A stretch of DNA of 64,000 nucleotides from contig CAVWJH010000001.1 in NCBI GenBank assembly GCA_963755455.1, positions 146,864 through 210,863 of the forward strand, read 5' to 3'. Shown piece by piece: positions 37,164 through 48,152 of the stretch; the stretch's first letter is position 1; every line of letters begins with the position of its first letter. The position numbers and the translations under genes are program-made. A model generated the notes under the pieces. The model did no database searches. It was not told the DNA's origin and saw nothing but the letters and a program-made list of their open reading frames with translations. The DNA is from an uncultured Verrucomicrobiae bacterium. GTDB taxonomy: Bacteria > Verrucomicrobiota > Verrucomicrobiia > Limisphaerales > UBA11358.

Positions 37164-38288
37164 ATGTCCTATCAAATGTCAGACCTGTTGCAGTTGGTGG
37201 TGGCCGAGGGCGCCTCCGACCTGCACATCCGCGTGGGCATCCCGCCGACAATCCGCGTCCACGGCATATTGCATCGCATCGAAGGACCGCCGCTCAAGCC
37301 GGAGGACGCGGAGGAAATTATGCGCAGCATCACGTCGGAAGAGCATATCCAGAGCACGCGCGAACGCGGCGGCGCGGACTTTGGATTTGCGTTTGGCGAC
37401 GCCGCGCGCTTCCGCGTGAGCGTCTTCAAGGAAAGGGGAAATTTCGCGATGGTGTTGCGGCAGATTCCCAGCAAGCTGCTGACGATGGAGCAGATCGGAA
37501 TTCCGCCCAGCGCCAAGGAACTGCTTTACAAGCCGCGCGGACTTGTTCTTGTCACAGGCCCGACGGGTTCGGGAAAAACGACGACGCTCGCCTCGATGAT
37601 CAACATCATCAACGAAGAGCGCGAAGAGGCGCACATCATCACCGTCGAAGACCCGATTGAGTATTATCACAAGCATAAAAAAGCCGTCGTCACGCAGCGC
37701 GAAATCGGCGTGGACGTGCCGAACTTTGCCGAGGCGCTGCGCCGCGCTTTGCGCCAGGACCCGGACATCATCCTCGTCGGCGAAATGCGCGACCTGGAAA
37801 CGATTGAAGCGGCCATCACGGCGGCGGAAACCGGCCACTTGGTTTTCGGAACGCTGCACACGACGGGCGCGGCGAAAACGATTGACCGCATCACGAACGC
37901 ATTTCCGACGAACCAGCAGGAAATGGTTCGCATCCAGCTCTCGACCGTCATGCAGGCGGTCATTTCGCAACTGTTGATTCCGCGCGTGGACAAGCCGGGC
38001 CGCGTGGCCGTTTTTGAAATCATGGTCAACACGCCGTCCATCGCCGCGCTCATCCGCGACAACAAGACGTTCCGAATCCAATCCGACATCCAAACCGGAT
38101 CGAAATGGGGCATGGTGACGCTCGACTCTTTTCTGATGGACAAATACCAGCAGGGTTTGATCGCGCGCGAGGAAGTGATCACGAAGGCGCAGGACCCGAC
38201 CACAATCCAGGCGAAGTTGCAGGAACTCGAACTGGCGCAGTCCATCAGCGGCGGCGGCAAAAATCCGCCGCAGAACCCGGGCAAATGA
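37164..38288 (+). CDS. pilT: Twitching motility (retraction) ATPase PilT
   Basis: [12 protein letters not shown]..., [57 protein letters not shown] and AIRNLIRE-like AALIRDNK. Confidence 0.9.
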   Translation: MSYQMSDLLQLVVAEGASDLHIRVGIPPTIRVHGILHRIEGPPLKPEDAEEIMRSITSEEHIQSTRERGGADFGFAFGDAARFRVSVFKERGNFAMVLRQIPSKLLTMEQIGIPPSAKELLYKPRGLVLVTGPTGSGKTTTLASMINIINEEREEAHIITVEDPIEYYHKHKKAVVTQREIGVDVPNFAEALRRALRQDPDIILVGEMRDLETIEAAITAAETGHLVFGTLHTTGAAKTIDRITNAFPTNQQEMVRIQLSTVMQAVISQLLIPRVDKPGRVAVFEIMVNTPSIAALIRDNKTFRIQSDIQTGSKWGMVTLDSFLMDKYQQGLIAREEVITKAQDPTTIQAKLQELELAQSISGGGKNPPQNPGK

Positions 38289-38303
38289 TTTTTTATTGAT
38301 AAC

Positions 38304-40010
38304 ATGGCGGAAGAAATTTCAGATCCGTTGCTGTCGCTCATCAGGGAGCGGGACTTGATTGACGACCTGCAATACGAGGATGTTGTTGCCGAACACCAGC
38401 GCAACGCCACGCCCATCATCCAGATTTTGCAGGACATGGGCGTGATGAAGCTCCACGACATCCTGCAGGTGATGGCCGGGGCGCTCGGCACGGAAATTGT
38501 CTCGCTGCGCGACCGGGAATTCCCACCCGAACTCCTGAACATGGTTCCGGCGAACGTCGCGCAGATGTATCGCTGCGTCCCCGTTTCGTGGAGCGGCGAC
38601 ATTTTGCAGATCGCGCTGGCCAATCCGCTGGATCCGGCGCGCGCGGACGAAATCCATTTTGCCGTCAAGCGCGACTTGCAGGTGGTTGTCGCCGATCCGG
38701 CGGAGATTGACAAGACGATTGAACGGCTTTACGGCCAGAGCGAGTCGGAAAATTTTTCCGCAATCCTCAAGGAACTCGGGGCGGACACCGACATCGGGCG
38801 CGAAGCCGCCGAAGCCGGCGACGACGCGGCGGCGGCCGAGGCGCTGGCCGACGCGGCACCGATCGTGAAGTTCGTCAATCTGGTTTTGCAGCAGGCCGTG
38901 CAGGACCGCGCGAGCGACATCCACTTCGAGCCGTTTGAGACGGAATTCCGCATCCGCTACCGCGTGGACGGCGCGCTGTATGAAATGGCTCCGCCGCCCA
39001 AACACCTCGCGCTGCCGGTGATTTCTCGCCTGAAAATCATGGCGAACCTGAACATCTCCGAAACGCGCCTGCCGCAGGACGGACGCATCAATTATCCGAT
39101 GCCCGGCGGACGACAAATTGATTTGCGTATGTCCACGCTGCCGACGCAGTTCGGCGAATCCGTCGTGCTGCGCGTGCTGGACCGTTCGTCCGTGAATCTG
39201 GAACTGGAGTCGCTCGGATTTCCCAAGAGCGTTTTTGATTTTGTGTCCGAGGTGATCCAGCGGCCCAACGGGATTTTTGTGGTGACGGGGCCGACGGGCT
39301 GTGGCAAGACGACGACGCTTTATTCCTGCCTCCGGCGGGTCAATGTGATTGATTCCAAACTGCTCACGGCGGAAGACCCGGTGGAGTTTGACATCGAGGG
39401 CATCATGCAGGTGGCCATCAACGACGCGGCGGGCATGACGTTCGGCAAGGCGCTGCGGTCGTTTTTACGCCAGGACCCGGATATAATAATGGTGGGTGAA
39501 ATGCGCGATCTGGAGACAGCGCAGATTTCGGTGCAGGCGTCGCTCACGGGGCATCTGGTGCTCTCGACGCTGCACACGAATGATTCGCCGGGTGCGGTCA
39601 CGCGCCTGGTGGACATGGGCGTGGAGCCGTTTTTGATTTCGAGCACGCTGATGGCGGTGCTGGGCCAGCGGCTGGTGCGCACGGTTTGCAAAAATTGCCG
39701 GACGCCTTTTGAGCCGACGGAGAGCCAGTTGGAATTGCTGAACCTCTCGCCGCATGATCTGGGGGACAAGACGTTTCATTACGGGCGTGGCTGTTCGACG
39801 TGCAATGACACGGGTTACAAGGGGCGCAAGGGCATTTTTGAGCTGCTGGTTGTCAGCGAGGCGATCCGGACGCTTATCAATGAGCGGGCACCCACGGTGG
39901 TGCTGCGCCAGAAGGCAGTGGAACTGGGCATGGTGACGTTGCGTGAGGACGGGTTGCGCGCGATTTTTGAGGGTGATACGACGATTGAAGAGGTGGTGAA
40001 ATATACCTAG
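38304..40010 (+). CDS. Type IV pilus / T2SS assembly ATPase (PilB/GspE family), copy 2
   Basis: Same architecture as copy 1 ([49 protein letters not shown]...CSTCNDTG) but clearly divergent in sequence. Confidence 0.9.
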   Translation: MAEEISDPLLSLIRERDLIDDLQYEDVVAEHQRNATPIIQILQDMGVMKLHDILQVMAGALGTEIVSLRDREFPPELLNMVPANVAQMYRCVPVSWSGDILQIALANPLDPARADEIHFAVKRDLQVVVADPAEIDKTIERLYGQSESENFSAILKELGADTDIGREAAEAGDDAAAAEALADAAPIVKFVNLVLQQAVQDRASDIHFEPFETEFRIRYRVDGALYEMAPPPKHLALPVISRLKIMANLNISETRLPQDGRINYPMPGGRQIDLRMSTLPTQFGESVVLRVLDRSSVNLELESLGFPKSVFDFVSEVIQRPNGIFVVTGPTGCGKTTTLYSCLRRVNVIDSKLLTAEDPVEFDIEGIMQVAINDAAGMTFGKALRSFLRQDPDIIMVGEMRDLETAQISVQASLTGHLVLSTLHTNDSPGAVTRLVDMGVEPFLISSTLMAVLGQRLVRTVCKNCRTPFEPTESQLELLNLSPHDLGDKTFHYGRGCSTCNDTGYKGRKGIFELLVVSEAIRTLINERAPTVVLRQKAVELGMVTLREDGLRAIFEGDTTIEEVVKYT

Positions 40011-40168
40011 CGGATGCGGGATATTGGCGAGAACACCGCGAATTTTCATTCCGCATTCAGCACTCGACTTTCCGCGTTTGTAAATTCCAGATTTTGACTT
40101 GCAAGTTGACAGGAGATGGTTGAATGTCAATCATCAGCCAATTGTCAACTGTTTATATTTATTGACTT

Positions 40169-41513
40169 ATGCCTAGATACGATTATGTGGCGCTGGACGG
40201 GCGCGGCAAAGAGCAGAAGGGTTCGATTGATGTCGCCAGCCAGAATGAGGCGATCAGCCGCGTGAAGGACATGGGCTTGTTCCCGACGAAGATCGCGGAG
40301 GGCGCGAAGGTGCAGGACAAGTCGGCGAAGAAGAAGGCGAAGTCCAAGCCGGCGGCCAAGGGCGGCAAAAAGGGCGGCGGGATGAGCATGGAGATCAAAA
40401 TCCCGGGCTTGAGCGGCAGGGTCAAGCCGAAGGTGCTGACGACTTTTACGCGGCAACTGGCGACGTTGGTGGATGCAGGTCTGCCGTTGCTGCGAGGGTT
40501 GCGTGTGCTGGAGAAACAGGAGCGCAATGTGACGCTCAAGAGGATTTTAAGTGAACTGGCTCTGGCGATTGAGGGTGGCAGCACTTTCTCGGAGGCGCTG
40601 GCGCAGCATCCCAAAGTGTTCAACCGGCTGTTCATCAACATGGTCAAGGCGGGCGAGCTGGGCGGCGTGCTGGAAGTTGTGCTTAAACGCCTCGCCGAAT
40701 TTTCCGAAAAGGCGCAGAAGATCAAGGGCAAGGTCAAGGCGGCGATGTTTTATCCCGTGGCCGTGTTGATCGTCGCCACCGGCATCATGATCCTGCTGAT
40801 GGTGTTTGTCATTCCCCGGTTCAAGGACGTTTTTGCCGGCATGAACATCAAGATGCCGTGGTTCACGACGTTTGTGCTGGCCATCAGCGACGCCATCCGG
40901 CTCCACATTTTGCAGGTGTTGGGCTGGCTTGTGGTGGCCGTCGTGATTTTCCTAATCATCATAAAAAAAACAAAATCGGGCCGCTATGTCTGGGACAAGT
41001 TCAAGCTCAAGATGCCCGCGCTCGGCCCGGTCATCAGCAAGGTCGCCATCTCGCGCTTCACGCGCACGCTTGGCACGCTCGTCAGCAGCGGCGTCCCGAT
41101 TTTGCAGGCGCTGACGATCGTGAAGGAAACCGCCGGCAACGTCATCATCAGCAACGCCGTCAGCAAAGTCCACGAAAGCGTGAAGGAAGGCGAAACCATC
41201 ACCGCGCCACTCGAGGCCTCCGCCGTTTTTCCGCCGATGGTCGTCAGCATGGTGGACGTCGGCGAACAGACCGGTGCCCTGCCCGAAATGCTTTTGAAAA
41301 TCGCCGACAACTACGACGAAGAGGTGGACAACGCCGTCGCTGCCATGACTTCGCTGCTCGAACCCATCATGATTGTGCTTTCTGGCAGTCATCGTCGGCA
41401 GCATCGTGATCGCCATGTTTTTGCCCCTGATTGCGATGATCACGCAAATGAGCGGCGACAATGGCGGCAGTGTCGTGGCGGAGATTAAACGTCGCATCAT
41501 CATATTTTCTTAA
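40169..41513 (+). pseudogene. pilC: Pilus/T2SS platform protein PilC/GspF, one frameshift in a T-run near 41380
   Basis: Two GspF repeats (FTRQLATLVDAGLPLLRGL...; FTRTLGTLVSSGVPILQAL...). After LLEPIMIV the frame changes to LAVIVGSIVIAMFLPLIAMI..., with stop at 41511-41513. An unusual Lys-rich insert (KSAKKKAKSKPAAKGGKKGGG) sits near the N-terminus. Confidence 0.85.
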
Positions 41514-41530
41514 AAAGCCGCAGAAATCCG

Positions 41531-41575
41531 TTGACAAACACCATGCTCAAGTGTAAATACAATGTAATTACATTG
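41531..41575 (+). promoter_or_regulatory. Sigma70-like promoter (TTGACA-17-TAAATA) followed by a perfect 16-bp palindrome CAATGTAATTACATTG upstream of brnT
   Basis: TTGACA at 41531-41536, TAAATA at 41554-41559, palindrome at 41560-41575. This is the position expected for an autoregulatory TA operator. Confidence 0.45.
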
Positions 41576-41605
41576 CATGGGCGTATTAAATACAATTAGC
41601 TCGCC

Positions 41606-41890
41606 ATGGAGTTTGATTGGAATAATCCGCCCTTTGAAATGGATGGTTCTTTGACTCAACGGGAAATTGAAGAATCCTTTGAAGACCCGTTTGCCGTCCG
41701 GCTGCTGCCCGACTCGCCGAGGTTTGGCGTGCAGGCGCGGTTTTTCAATCTTGGAATGTCCGCCGGCGGCATCGGGGTTTTCAGCGTGTATCGGACAAAC
41801 GGCCGCTCCGTCCGCGTTTTGCACGCGCGCACGTTTGCTCCGGAAGAAAGATTTTTTTACCAGCGAAAAATGGACCAGACGCTTTCGTGA
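41606..41890 (+). CDS. brnT: BrnT family toxin (DUF497)
   Basis: FDWNNPPFE...TQREIEESFEDPFAVRLLPD...RFFNLGMSAGGIGVFSVYRTNGRSVRVLHARTFAPEERFFY. Confidence 0.8.
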   Translation: MEFDWNNPPFEMDGSLTQREIEESFEDPFAVRLLPDSPRFGVQARFFNLGMSAGGIGVFSVYRTNGRSVRVLHARTFAPEERFFYQRKMDQTLS

Positions 41891-41895
41891 AAAAT

Positions 41896-41971
41896 CATTC
41901 TCGTCGTCATTCTCGTCCTCGTCCTCAAATTTTTGGTTTGAAGATGAGGATGACGATGAGTGCGGGAATGA
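41896..41971. repeat. Imperfect periodic hairpin (CTCGTC/TCATTCT-type units) in the brnT-brnA spacer
   Basis: tcattctcgtcgtcattctcgtcctcgtcctca ... tgaagatgaggatgacgatgagtgcgggaatga. By hand, about 24/33 arm positions are complementary. Confidence 0.55.
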
Positions 41972-41983
41972 GATGCAAAACAG

Positions 41984-42259
41984 ATGCGAACTTTTGCCAA
42001 CTGGGAAGACGTGCCGATTTTCGACAGCGAAAACGCGGAGTCGGATTTCTGGTCGGAGAACCGGCCCGACCTGCGGCTGATGGAGGCGGCCACGGCGGGC
42101 AGCGCCGAGGCGTCCGAGTCCGTGACCATCACGCTGCGGATTGACCCGCGGATGCTCGCGCGCATCAAGCGGCTCGCGCGCGCGCGGTATCTGAACTACC
42201 AGAGCATGATCAAGCAATGGTTGAGCGAGCGGATGGAAGACGAATTGCGCGACAAATAA
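41984..42259 (+). CDS. brnA: BrnA-like antitoxin (CopG/RHH-type C-terminus)
   Basis: ...ESVTITLRIDPRMLARIKRLARARYLNYQSMIKQWLSERMEDE. Confidence 0.7.
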   Translation: MRTFANWEDVPIFDSENAESDFWSENRPDLRLMEAATAGSAEASESVTITLRIDPRMLARIKRLARARYLNYQSMIKQWLSERMEDELRDK

Positions 42260-42269
42260 TTATATGAAA

Positions 42270-42299
42270 AGTGACAAGTGGCGAGTGACAAGTGGCGAG
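42270..42299. repeat. Heptamer array (GTGACAA/GTGGCGA) upstream of the first pseudopilin
   Basis: agtgacaagtggcgagtgacaagtggcgag. Confidence 0.75.
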
Positions 42300-42302
42300 A
42301 AA

Positions 42303-43011
42303 ATGATGAGCAACAAGCGGCAAGTGATGCGCCTGAACAAAGCTCATCACTCCGGCTTTCACCCTCATTGAACTGCTCGTCGTCATCTCCATCATCGGCG
42401 TGCTGGCCGCGTTCACCCTCACGGTTTTGAAATCGGTGAAAAGGCACCAATACATTTCCCACACGCAGGCGGAAATGGGGCTGCTGGAAACCGCCATCCA
42501 GCGCTACCACGACGCCTACGGATTTTATCCGCCGGGCAATGGCAGCGGCGATCCACGGGTCAACCAGCTTTATTACGAACTGGAAGGGACGACTTTTAAT
42601 CCGGCAAATAATTCATACACAACCCTGGATGGCGGCTTGCAAATCAGCTCCAACAACCTGAACAAGGCGTTTGGCGTCGGCGGCTTCATCAATTGCACCA
42701 GGCCCGGCTCCGCTGAAGACGCTCATTCCGCCCAAAATTTTCTGCCCGGCTTGAAACCAAGGCAATATAATGCGGTTACAAACCCGTCGCCTGGCGGTCC
42801 GCTCGTCACCATCCTCACCGGTTCGGTTGGCGGGCCGGATCAAAATTACAAGCCGTTCGGTGCGTCTGGCCTGAATCCCTGGCGCTACGCTTGTCCCGGA
42901 ACGAACAACCCCAGCTCGTATGATTTGTGGATTCAACTGGTGATCAATGGGCAAACCAACCTCATCTGCAACTGGAGCGGGCAGGTGCGGATCAACAGCC
43001 CGCTGCCGTGA
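42303..43011 (+). pseudogene. Prepilin-type N-terminal cleavage/methylation domain protein (pseudopilin 1), one frameshift in a T-run near 42357
   Basis: MMSNKRQVMRLNKAHHSG|FTLIELLVVISIIGVLAAFTL... is restored by removing one T from ggctttcacc (compare ggcttcaccctcatcgaactg at 43325). Confidence 0.75.
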
Positions 43012-43037
43012 AAATTTTTATGCGCGACGATAAAAAA

Positions 43038-43126
43038 AGTGACAAGTGGCAAGTGACAAGTGACGGGAAAATGGTGCGCCGGGGAAAAAACCCGTCACTC
43101 GTCACTCGATCACTCGATCACTTGAC
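43038..43126. repeat. Heptamer-periodic hairpin (GTGACAA/GTGGCAA arm and CACTCGT/CACTCGA arm)
   Basis: agtgacaagtggcaagtgacaagtgacggg ... cccgtcactcgtcactcgatcactcgatcacttgac. Confidence 0.85.
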
Positions 43127-43294
43127 AATGCGCGGCCAAATCCCGTGGCCGTGGACTGGCACGACTGCGCGTGGTCGCCGCAAATCGTCGTTCAGACGCC
43201 GTCGCGAACGCAAAACTGGTTCGAGACAAAACAATTGCCCGCACCGCCGCAAATTCTCCATACTCCGCGCCGCAACCGGACCGATTTCAAAACC

Positions 43295-44093
43295 ATGAAA
43301 ACCATCCTGCCATCGTCACGCCGCCATCGCGCCGGCTTCACCCTCATCGAACTGCTCGTCGTCATTGCCATCATCGCAATTCTGGCGGCGATGCTGCTGC
43401 CGGCCATCCCGTATGCCGTGAACCTCGCAAAGAAGAAAAAGGCGCTTATCGAAGAACAGGGGATTGTCACGGCCATCGAAGGTTACGATTCGGAATATGG
43501 CCGCTTTCCGGTTTCGACCAACGCGCAAAATCAGGCCGAATCAAACGCGAGGTCTCCCAAAAACAACCCGGATTTTACTTATGGGGGAACGTTATTAGCG
43601 GAACGACGGTAGGCACTCAAATTTCCGGCGTAGTCTTAACGAATAACGAGGTGATCGCCATTTTGATGGATATGCAAACTTATCCCGGCAGCGGAGCTCC
43701 AACCATAAACAACAATCACGTCAAAAATCCGAAGCAGACAAAATTCCTGAACGCCACGATGACAAGCGACCCGACGTTGCCGGGTGTCGGCCCGGATCTG
43801 GTCTATCGCGACCCGTGGGGCAATCCCTATGTCATCAGCATGGATCTGAATTACGACGACCAGTGTGAGGATGCGTTTTATTGCCAATGGGCTGTTTCTG
43901 AGAATCCACCGGGAGGCAGCAGCCAGTCTGGTTACAATGGACTGGTCAATCCATATCATGGGCCGCAGGGGTGAAGGATCGTTTTCAATATCACGGCAAG
44001 GTCATGGTCTGGTCCGCCGGTCCGGACAAAAAAATTGTTAATGGGCCGGCAAATCAAGGTGTCAACAAAGACAATGTTTTGAGCTGGCAGTGA
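43295..44093 (+). pseudogene. GspG-like major pseudopilin (pseudopilin 2), two frame disruptions (near 43590 and 43970)
   Basis: MKTILPSSRRHRAG|FTLIELLVVIAIIAILAAMLLPA..., later DPWGNPYVISMD and a tail ...VMVWSAGPDKK...VLSWQ*. Confidence 0.8.
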
Positions 44094-44100
44094 AACTTCC

Positions 44101-44121
44101 ATTTACGATTTACGATTCATA
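44101..44121. repeat. Short heptamer array (ATTTACG, about 3 units)
   Basis: atttacgatttacgattcata. Confidence 0.5.
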
Positions 44122-44136
44122 CTGAGGTTTCACGAT

Positions 44137-45016
44137 TTGCAGAAAATCGTCGGAGTCCGTTTCCATCAATCATCAACATTCCCGCGCGCCTTCACGCTGA
44201 TTGAACTGCTGGCTGTGATTACGATTTTGGGCATCATCGCGGGGCTGGCGGTTCCGGCACTGAAGGAGCTCGGCAAATCAAACGGAAACATCGGCGCGTC
44301 ACGGCAGTTGCTCGCCGACGTCGGGCGTGCGCGGCAACTGGCCATGGCCGACCACACGACAGTCTATATGATTTTCGTCAAAACAAATTTTTGGATGACG
44401 CCCAATTTTCCAAATTTTTGGTGGAACAATCCGTTGATGACCACCGCCGAGAAAACCGTGGCGACCAACTTGTGCGACAAGCAATTGACGGGTTACACCT
44501 TTGTCAGCCTGCGTTCGGCGGGAGACCAGCCGGGGCGCGTCACGGTGCGTTATCTGGCACCGTGGCAAAATCTGCCGGCCGGCACCTTCATCGCGCCGCA
44601 AAAATTTCAGCCTCCCTCCAGTCCGCCGTTCCACATTCCGGGTTATGATCCAGCCATCCAATATTTACGGCTTCAACATCACCAACAACATTCCGTTTCC
44701 AACCGAAGACAGCCCGAAGTCGCCGGTTTTATATCTTCCGTATATCGCCTTTAATTATCTTGGACAGCTTACATCCGACGGGCAGAACCTTGCCGCCAGC
44801 GATGAATACATTCCCCTCGCGCAGGGCAGTGTCTTGCCGGCGATAAACCCGGCAACCAAGGCATTGATCCTCGAGGCCGCTCCCGCCGGTTCGGCGTCCA
44901 TTTTAGAAACTCCGCCCGGCAACAGCGGCATTGGTAACAACAACCTTTCCTACAACATCGTCCACATTGACCGGCTGACGGGGCGGGCCACCTTGGAATT
45001 CTACAAAATGAAATAA
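44137..45016 (+). pseudogene. Pseudopilin 3 (GspH/FimT-like), one frameshift near 44645
   Basis: ...SSTFPRA|FTLIELLAVITILGIIAGLAVPAL...SRQLLADVGRARQLAM, then a frame change to ...IYGFNITNNIPFP...RLTGRATLEFYKMK*. TTG start. Confidence 0.7.
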
Positions 45017-45030
45017 TTCAGGAACTCAAT

Positions 45031-46386
45031 ATGAAAAAAACATCGCAATTGATCATGGGGTTGATTTTGTGCGGGGTTCTGACTACCTCCGCCACGGCGC
45101 AATCCATCTATTCCACACCTTACACTTTTACCACCATTGCCGGAACCGCCGGAAACAACGGCGGCAATGACGGCACAAATGGCACGGCGCAACTCTACTG
45201 GCCGGAGGGCATCGCCGTGGACACCAATGGCAATCTCTATGTGGCGGACAACTATGAGGACACCATCCGCAAGGTCGCGCCGTCCGGCACAAACTGGGTG
45301 GTGACCACCATCGCTGGAACTGCTGGAACCAGCGGTGGCAATGACGGAACAAATGGCGCCGCACGCTTCATCGAACCGGTCGGCATCACGATTGACGGAA
45401 CAGGCAACCTGTATGTGGCGGATTCTGGCAACGACACCATTCGTGAAATCACGCCGTCGGGGACGAACTGGGTGGTGACCACCATTGCCGGAACCGCCGA
45501 GATTGGGGGTTTTGCCGACGGGACGAATGGCAGCGCACAATTCAACGACCCATCCGGCATCGCGGTGGATACCAACGGCATCCTTTATGTGGCCGATGCT
45601 TACAACTGCACCATCCGTGAAGTCGCGCCGTCGGGGACGAACTGGGTGGTGACCACCATTGCCGGGACGGCGACGAACATTGACGGGATGGTGCCGAACT
45701 ATGGCAGCGCCGACGGGACAAATGGCGCCGCGCAGTTCTCCGGGCCGTCCAGCATCACGGTTGACGGGTCGGGCAATCTGTATGTGGCGGACACCTACAA
45801 CGACACCATCCGCAAGATTGCACCGTCGGGGACAAACTGGGTGGTGAGCACGATTGCGGGCCAGGTTGGAAACAGCGGCATCGCCGACGGGACGAATTTT
45901 GCCGCGCAATTCTACTATCCATCCGGAATCGCATCAGATCGCTCCGGCAATTTATATGTGGCCGATACCTACAACTACACCATCCGCAAGATTACGCCGT
46001 CGGGGACGAACTGGGTGGTGAGCACGCTGGCGGGGGTGGCTGGCATCAATGGCAGCAACGACGGCACCGGAACCAACGCGCTGTTTTACTATCCTTATGC
46101 CGTTGCGGCGGACGGCGCGGGACATCTTTTTGTGGGAGACACCATCAACGGCACCATCCGGCAGGGCTGGATCGCGGCGATTCCAAATCTGAAGGTTGTC
46201 CTGACCGCAACGAACAGCGTGGTTGTTTCCTGGCCCAATCTGGGCGGCTACACGCTGCAAACCAATTCGGATTTGACGGCGACCCACTGGGCCGGTTACG
46301 GCGGCTCTGTCACGACCGTCAACGGCACAAACAGCGTCACCCTCTCGCCGCCGTCCGGGAAACTGTTTTTCCGTTTGACGAATTGA
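45031..46386 (+). CDS. Secreted six-bladed NHL-repeat beta-propeller protein with a ~70-aa C-terminal beta-sandwich-like domain ending FFRL
   Basis: Signal peptide MKKTSQLIMGLILCGVLTTSATA. Six units of ...G(I/L)AVDxxGNLYVAD..NDTIRK(I/V)xPSGTNWVV(T/S)TIAGTAG..G..DGTN.... The C-terminus reads VVVSWPNLGGYTLQTNSDL...WAGYGG...GKLFFRLTN. Confidence 0.85.
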   Translation: MKKTSQLIMGLILCGVLTTSATAQSIYSTPYTFTTIAGTAGNNGGNDGTNGTAQLYWPEGIAVDTNGNLYVADNYEDTIRKVAPSGTNWVVTTIAGTAGTSGGNDGTNGAARFIEPVGITIDGTGNLYVADSGNDTIREITPSGTNWVVTTIAGTAEIGGFADGTNGSAQFNDPSGIAVDTNGILYVADAYNCTIREVAPSGTNWVVTTIAGTATNIDGMVPNYGSADGTNGAAQFSGPSSITVDGSGNLYVADTYNDTIRKIAPSGTNWVVSTIAGQVGNSGIADGTNFAAQFYYPSGIASDRSGNLYVADTYNYTIRKITPSGTNWVVSTLAGVAGINGSNDGTGTNALFYYPYAVAADGAGHLFVGDTINGTIRQGWIAAIPNLKVVLTATNSVVVSWPNLGGYTLQTNSDLTATHWAGYGGSVTTVNGTNSVTLSPPSGKLFFRLTN

Positions 46387-46392
46387 AGATCA

Positions 46393-47199
46393 ATGAAATT
46401 TCGCCCGCAACATTATCATCCGCAATCGGCCTTCACGATGATCGAGGTCGCCATCAGCCTGGCGATCATCGGCATCGCGCTCGTCGGCATCATCGGCGTG
46501 CTGCCGCTGGGATTGAACACGCAGCGCGTCAATCGCGAGCAGACCGTCATCAACCAGGACGCGACCGTTTTCATGGAGGACATCCGCAACGGCGCACGCG
46601 GCGCGGATGATTTGACGAATTATGTTTATGCCATCGTGATTACGAAAGCCGCCAGTCAAAACGTCTATATCAACCCGACGCTTGCCGGCGCGATGGGTTT
46701 TTCCACTGCCATTTTGCCTACGACGCCGCCCATTCAATCGTATCCCATACTGACCAACGGCGCGAACATTGTCGGCCTGTTGAGCACGCCGGAATTTTTG
46801 AACGTGGACGGCGGGATTGCGGACAGCACTTACACGGCGGCGATGAGCAATCACATTGTGGCCAGCGTCCGCTCCATCAACGGGCCGGCGTTTGAAAAAC
46901 CGCCGCAGGACAACGCCATTTTGAAGCAGGATTCATTCAGCTACCGCATTTATTGCGTCAACGCGCCGGTGGCGGTTGATACCAATGCAGTCGCCAATCC
47001 CGGTTACACGCGCCAGCTCGCCGCCAACCTGCACGACCTGCGCCTGACGTTTCTCTGGCCGGTGCTGCCAACCGGCAAACTGCCGGCGCAGCCCTTCCTT
47101 GCGACGTATCGAACCCTCGTCGCCGGGCAGGTTGCGCAGGACGCCGTCAACACCAATTTGTTTTTTTACCAGCCGCAATCATTCACCACCGCGCCGTGA
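46393..47199 (+). CDS. Pseudopilin 4 (prepilin-type N-terminal domain, GspI-position)
   Basis: MKFRPQHYHPQSA|FTMIEVAISLAIIGIALVGIIGVLPLGL. Confidence 0.8.
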   Translation: MKFRPQHYHPQSAFTMIEVAISLAIIGIALVGIIGVLPLGLNTQRVNREQTVINQDATVFMEDIRNGARGADDLTNYVYAIVITKAASQNVYINPTLAGAMGFSTAILPTTPPIQSYPILTNGANIVGLLSTPEFLNVDGGIADSTYTAAMSNHIVASVRSINGPAFEKPPQDNAILKQDSFSYRIYCVNAPVAVDTNAVANPGYTRQLAANLHDLRLTFLWPVLPTGKLPAQPFLATYRTLVAGQVAQDAVNTNLFFYQPQSFTTAP

Positions 47200-48152
47200 A
47201 AACAAAAACAACAGTGGCAAGTGGCAAGTGGCAAGTGGCAAGAGCCTCGTCGCGAGGATTTTGTCTTGTCACTCGTCACACGTCACTTGTCACCCGCTCC
47301 GCCTTCACTCTCATCGAGGTGATGGTGGCGGTGGCGCTGCTCTCGCTCATCGTCATCGCGCTGATGGCGGTGTTCAACAGCACGCAGGCGGCGTTCCGCG
47401 CGGGCGTCACGCAGGCGGGCATTCTGGAGGGCGGGCGCGCGACGATGGATTTGATCTCGCAGGATTTGAAGGAGATGGCGCCGTCGGACGGTGTCAGCAA
47501 TGGCGTGGTGAATTTTTACGCCTACGTCGTCAGTTCGCCCGGCCCGCTTGTCCAGACGCTGACCGCCAGCAGCCGGTCGCGGACAAACGTCCTGGAAACA
47601 ATTTTTATCTTGAGCCGCGACAACCAGACTTGGATCGGCACGGGCTATGTCGTGGACACTTCGGCCACGGCGTCCATCAATCCGCTCTACCGTTTCACCC
47701 CCGCCGATTTGCCGCCGCGTCCAGCCCCGTGGCAGATTTTTACCAATTTTCTCGCCAACAGCACGCTTCCGATTTCGCAAAACAACACCAACATGAGCCA
47801 TCTGCTGGACGGCGTGGTGGATTTTCGCGTGCGCGCCTTTGACACCAACGGCGGGCGGATGAACAATCAAGTTGTTTTTACCAGCGGTCAGTTCACCACC
47901 AACGAAAATGTTTATTATCTGCCGTCCGGTTCCGGCTCCGGCTTTGGCGAGACGGGCTTTGTCATGTTCAGCAACACGCTGCCCGCGTCCGTGGAGATTG
48001 ACATGGCCACGCTCGAAGACCGCACCTTGCAGCGCGCCGAATCGCTGCCGAACAACCTGCGCACATCCTATTTGCAGGGTCAGGCAGGCAACGTCCAGGT
48101 TTTCCGCCAGAGCGTTTCCATTCCCAATGTTGACCCGTCCGCCTATCAATGA
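47196..48152 (+). CDS. Pseudopilin 5 (GspJ/PulJ-like) with an unusually long leader
   Basis: GTG overlaps the upstream stop (GTGA). MKTKTTVASGKWQVARASSRGFCLVTRHTSLVTRSA|FTLIEVMVAVALLSLIVIALMAVFNSTQAAFR. Confidence 0.8.
   Translation: MKTKTTVASGKWQVARASSRGFCLVTRHTSLVTRSAFTLIEVMVAVALLSLIVIALMAVFNSTQAAFRAGVTQAGILEGGRATMDLISQDLKEMAPSDGVSNGVVNFYAYVVSSPGPLVQTLTASSRSRTNVLETIFILSRDNQTWIGTGYVVDTSATASINPLYRFTPADLPPRPAPWQIFTNFLANSTLPISQNNTNMSHLLDGVVDFRVRAFDTNGGRMNNQVVFTSGQFTTNENVYYLPSGSGSGFGETGFVMFSNTLPASVEIDMATLEDRTLQRAESLPNNLRTSYLQGQAGNVQVFRQSVSIPNVDPSAYQ
47213..47293. repeat. Heptamer-periodic hairpin (GTGGCAA x4 arm / TTGTCAC-type arm) lying inside the pseudopilin 5 leader-coding region
   Basis: agtggcaagtggcaagtggcaagtggcaag agcctcgtcgcgagg attttgtcttgtcactcgtcacacgtcacttgtcacc. 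Confidence 0.85.

Noticed and set aside
40104-40150. Inverted repeat AGTTGACA / TGTCAACT plus extra TTGAC motifs upstream of pilC, as a regulator binding site
   Set aside because: The arms are only 8 bp, separated by 31 nt, in an AT-richer spacer. This is too weak to call without comparative or experimental support.
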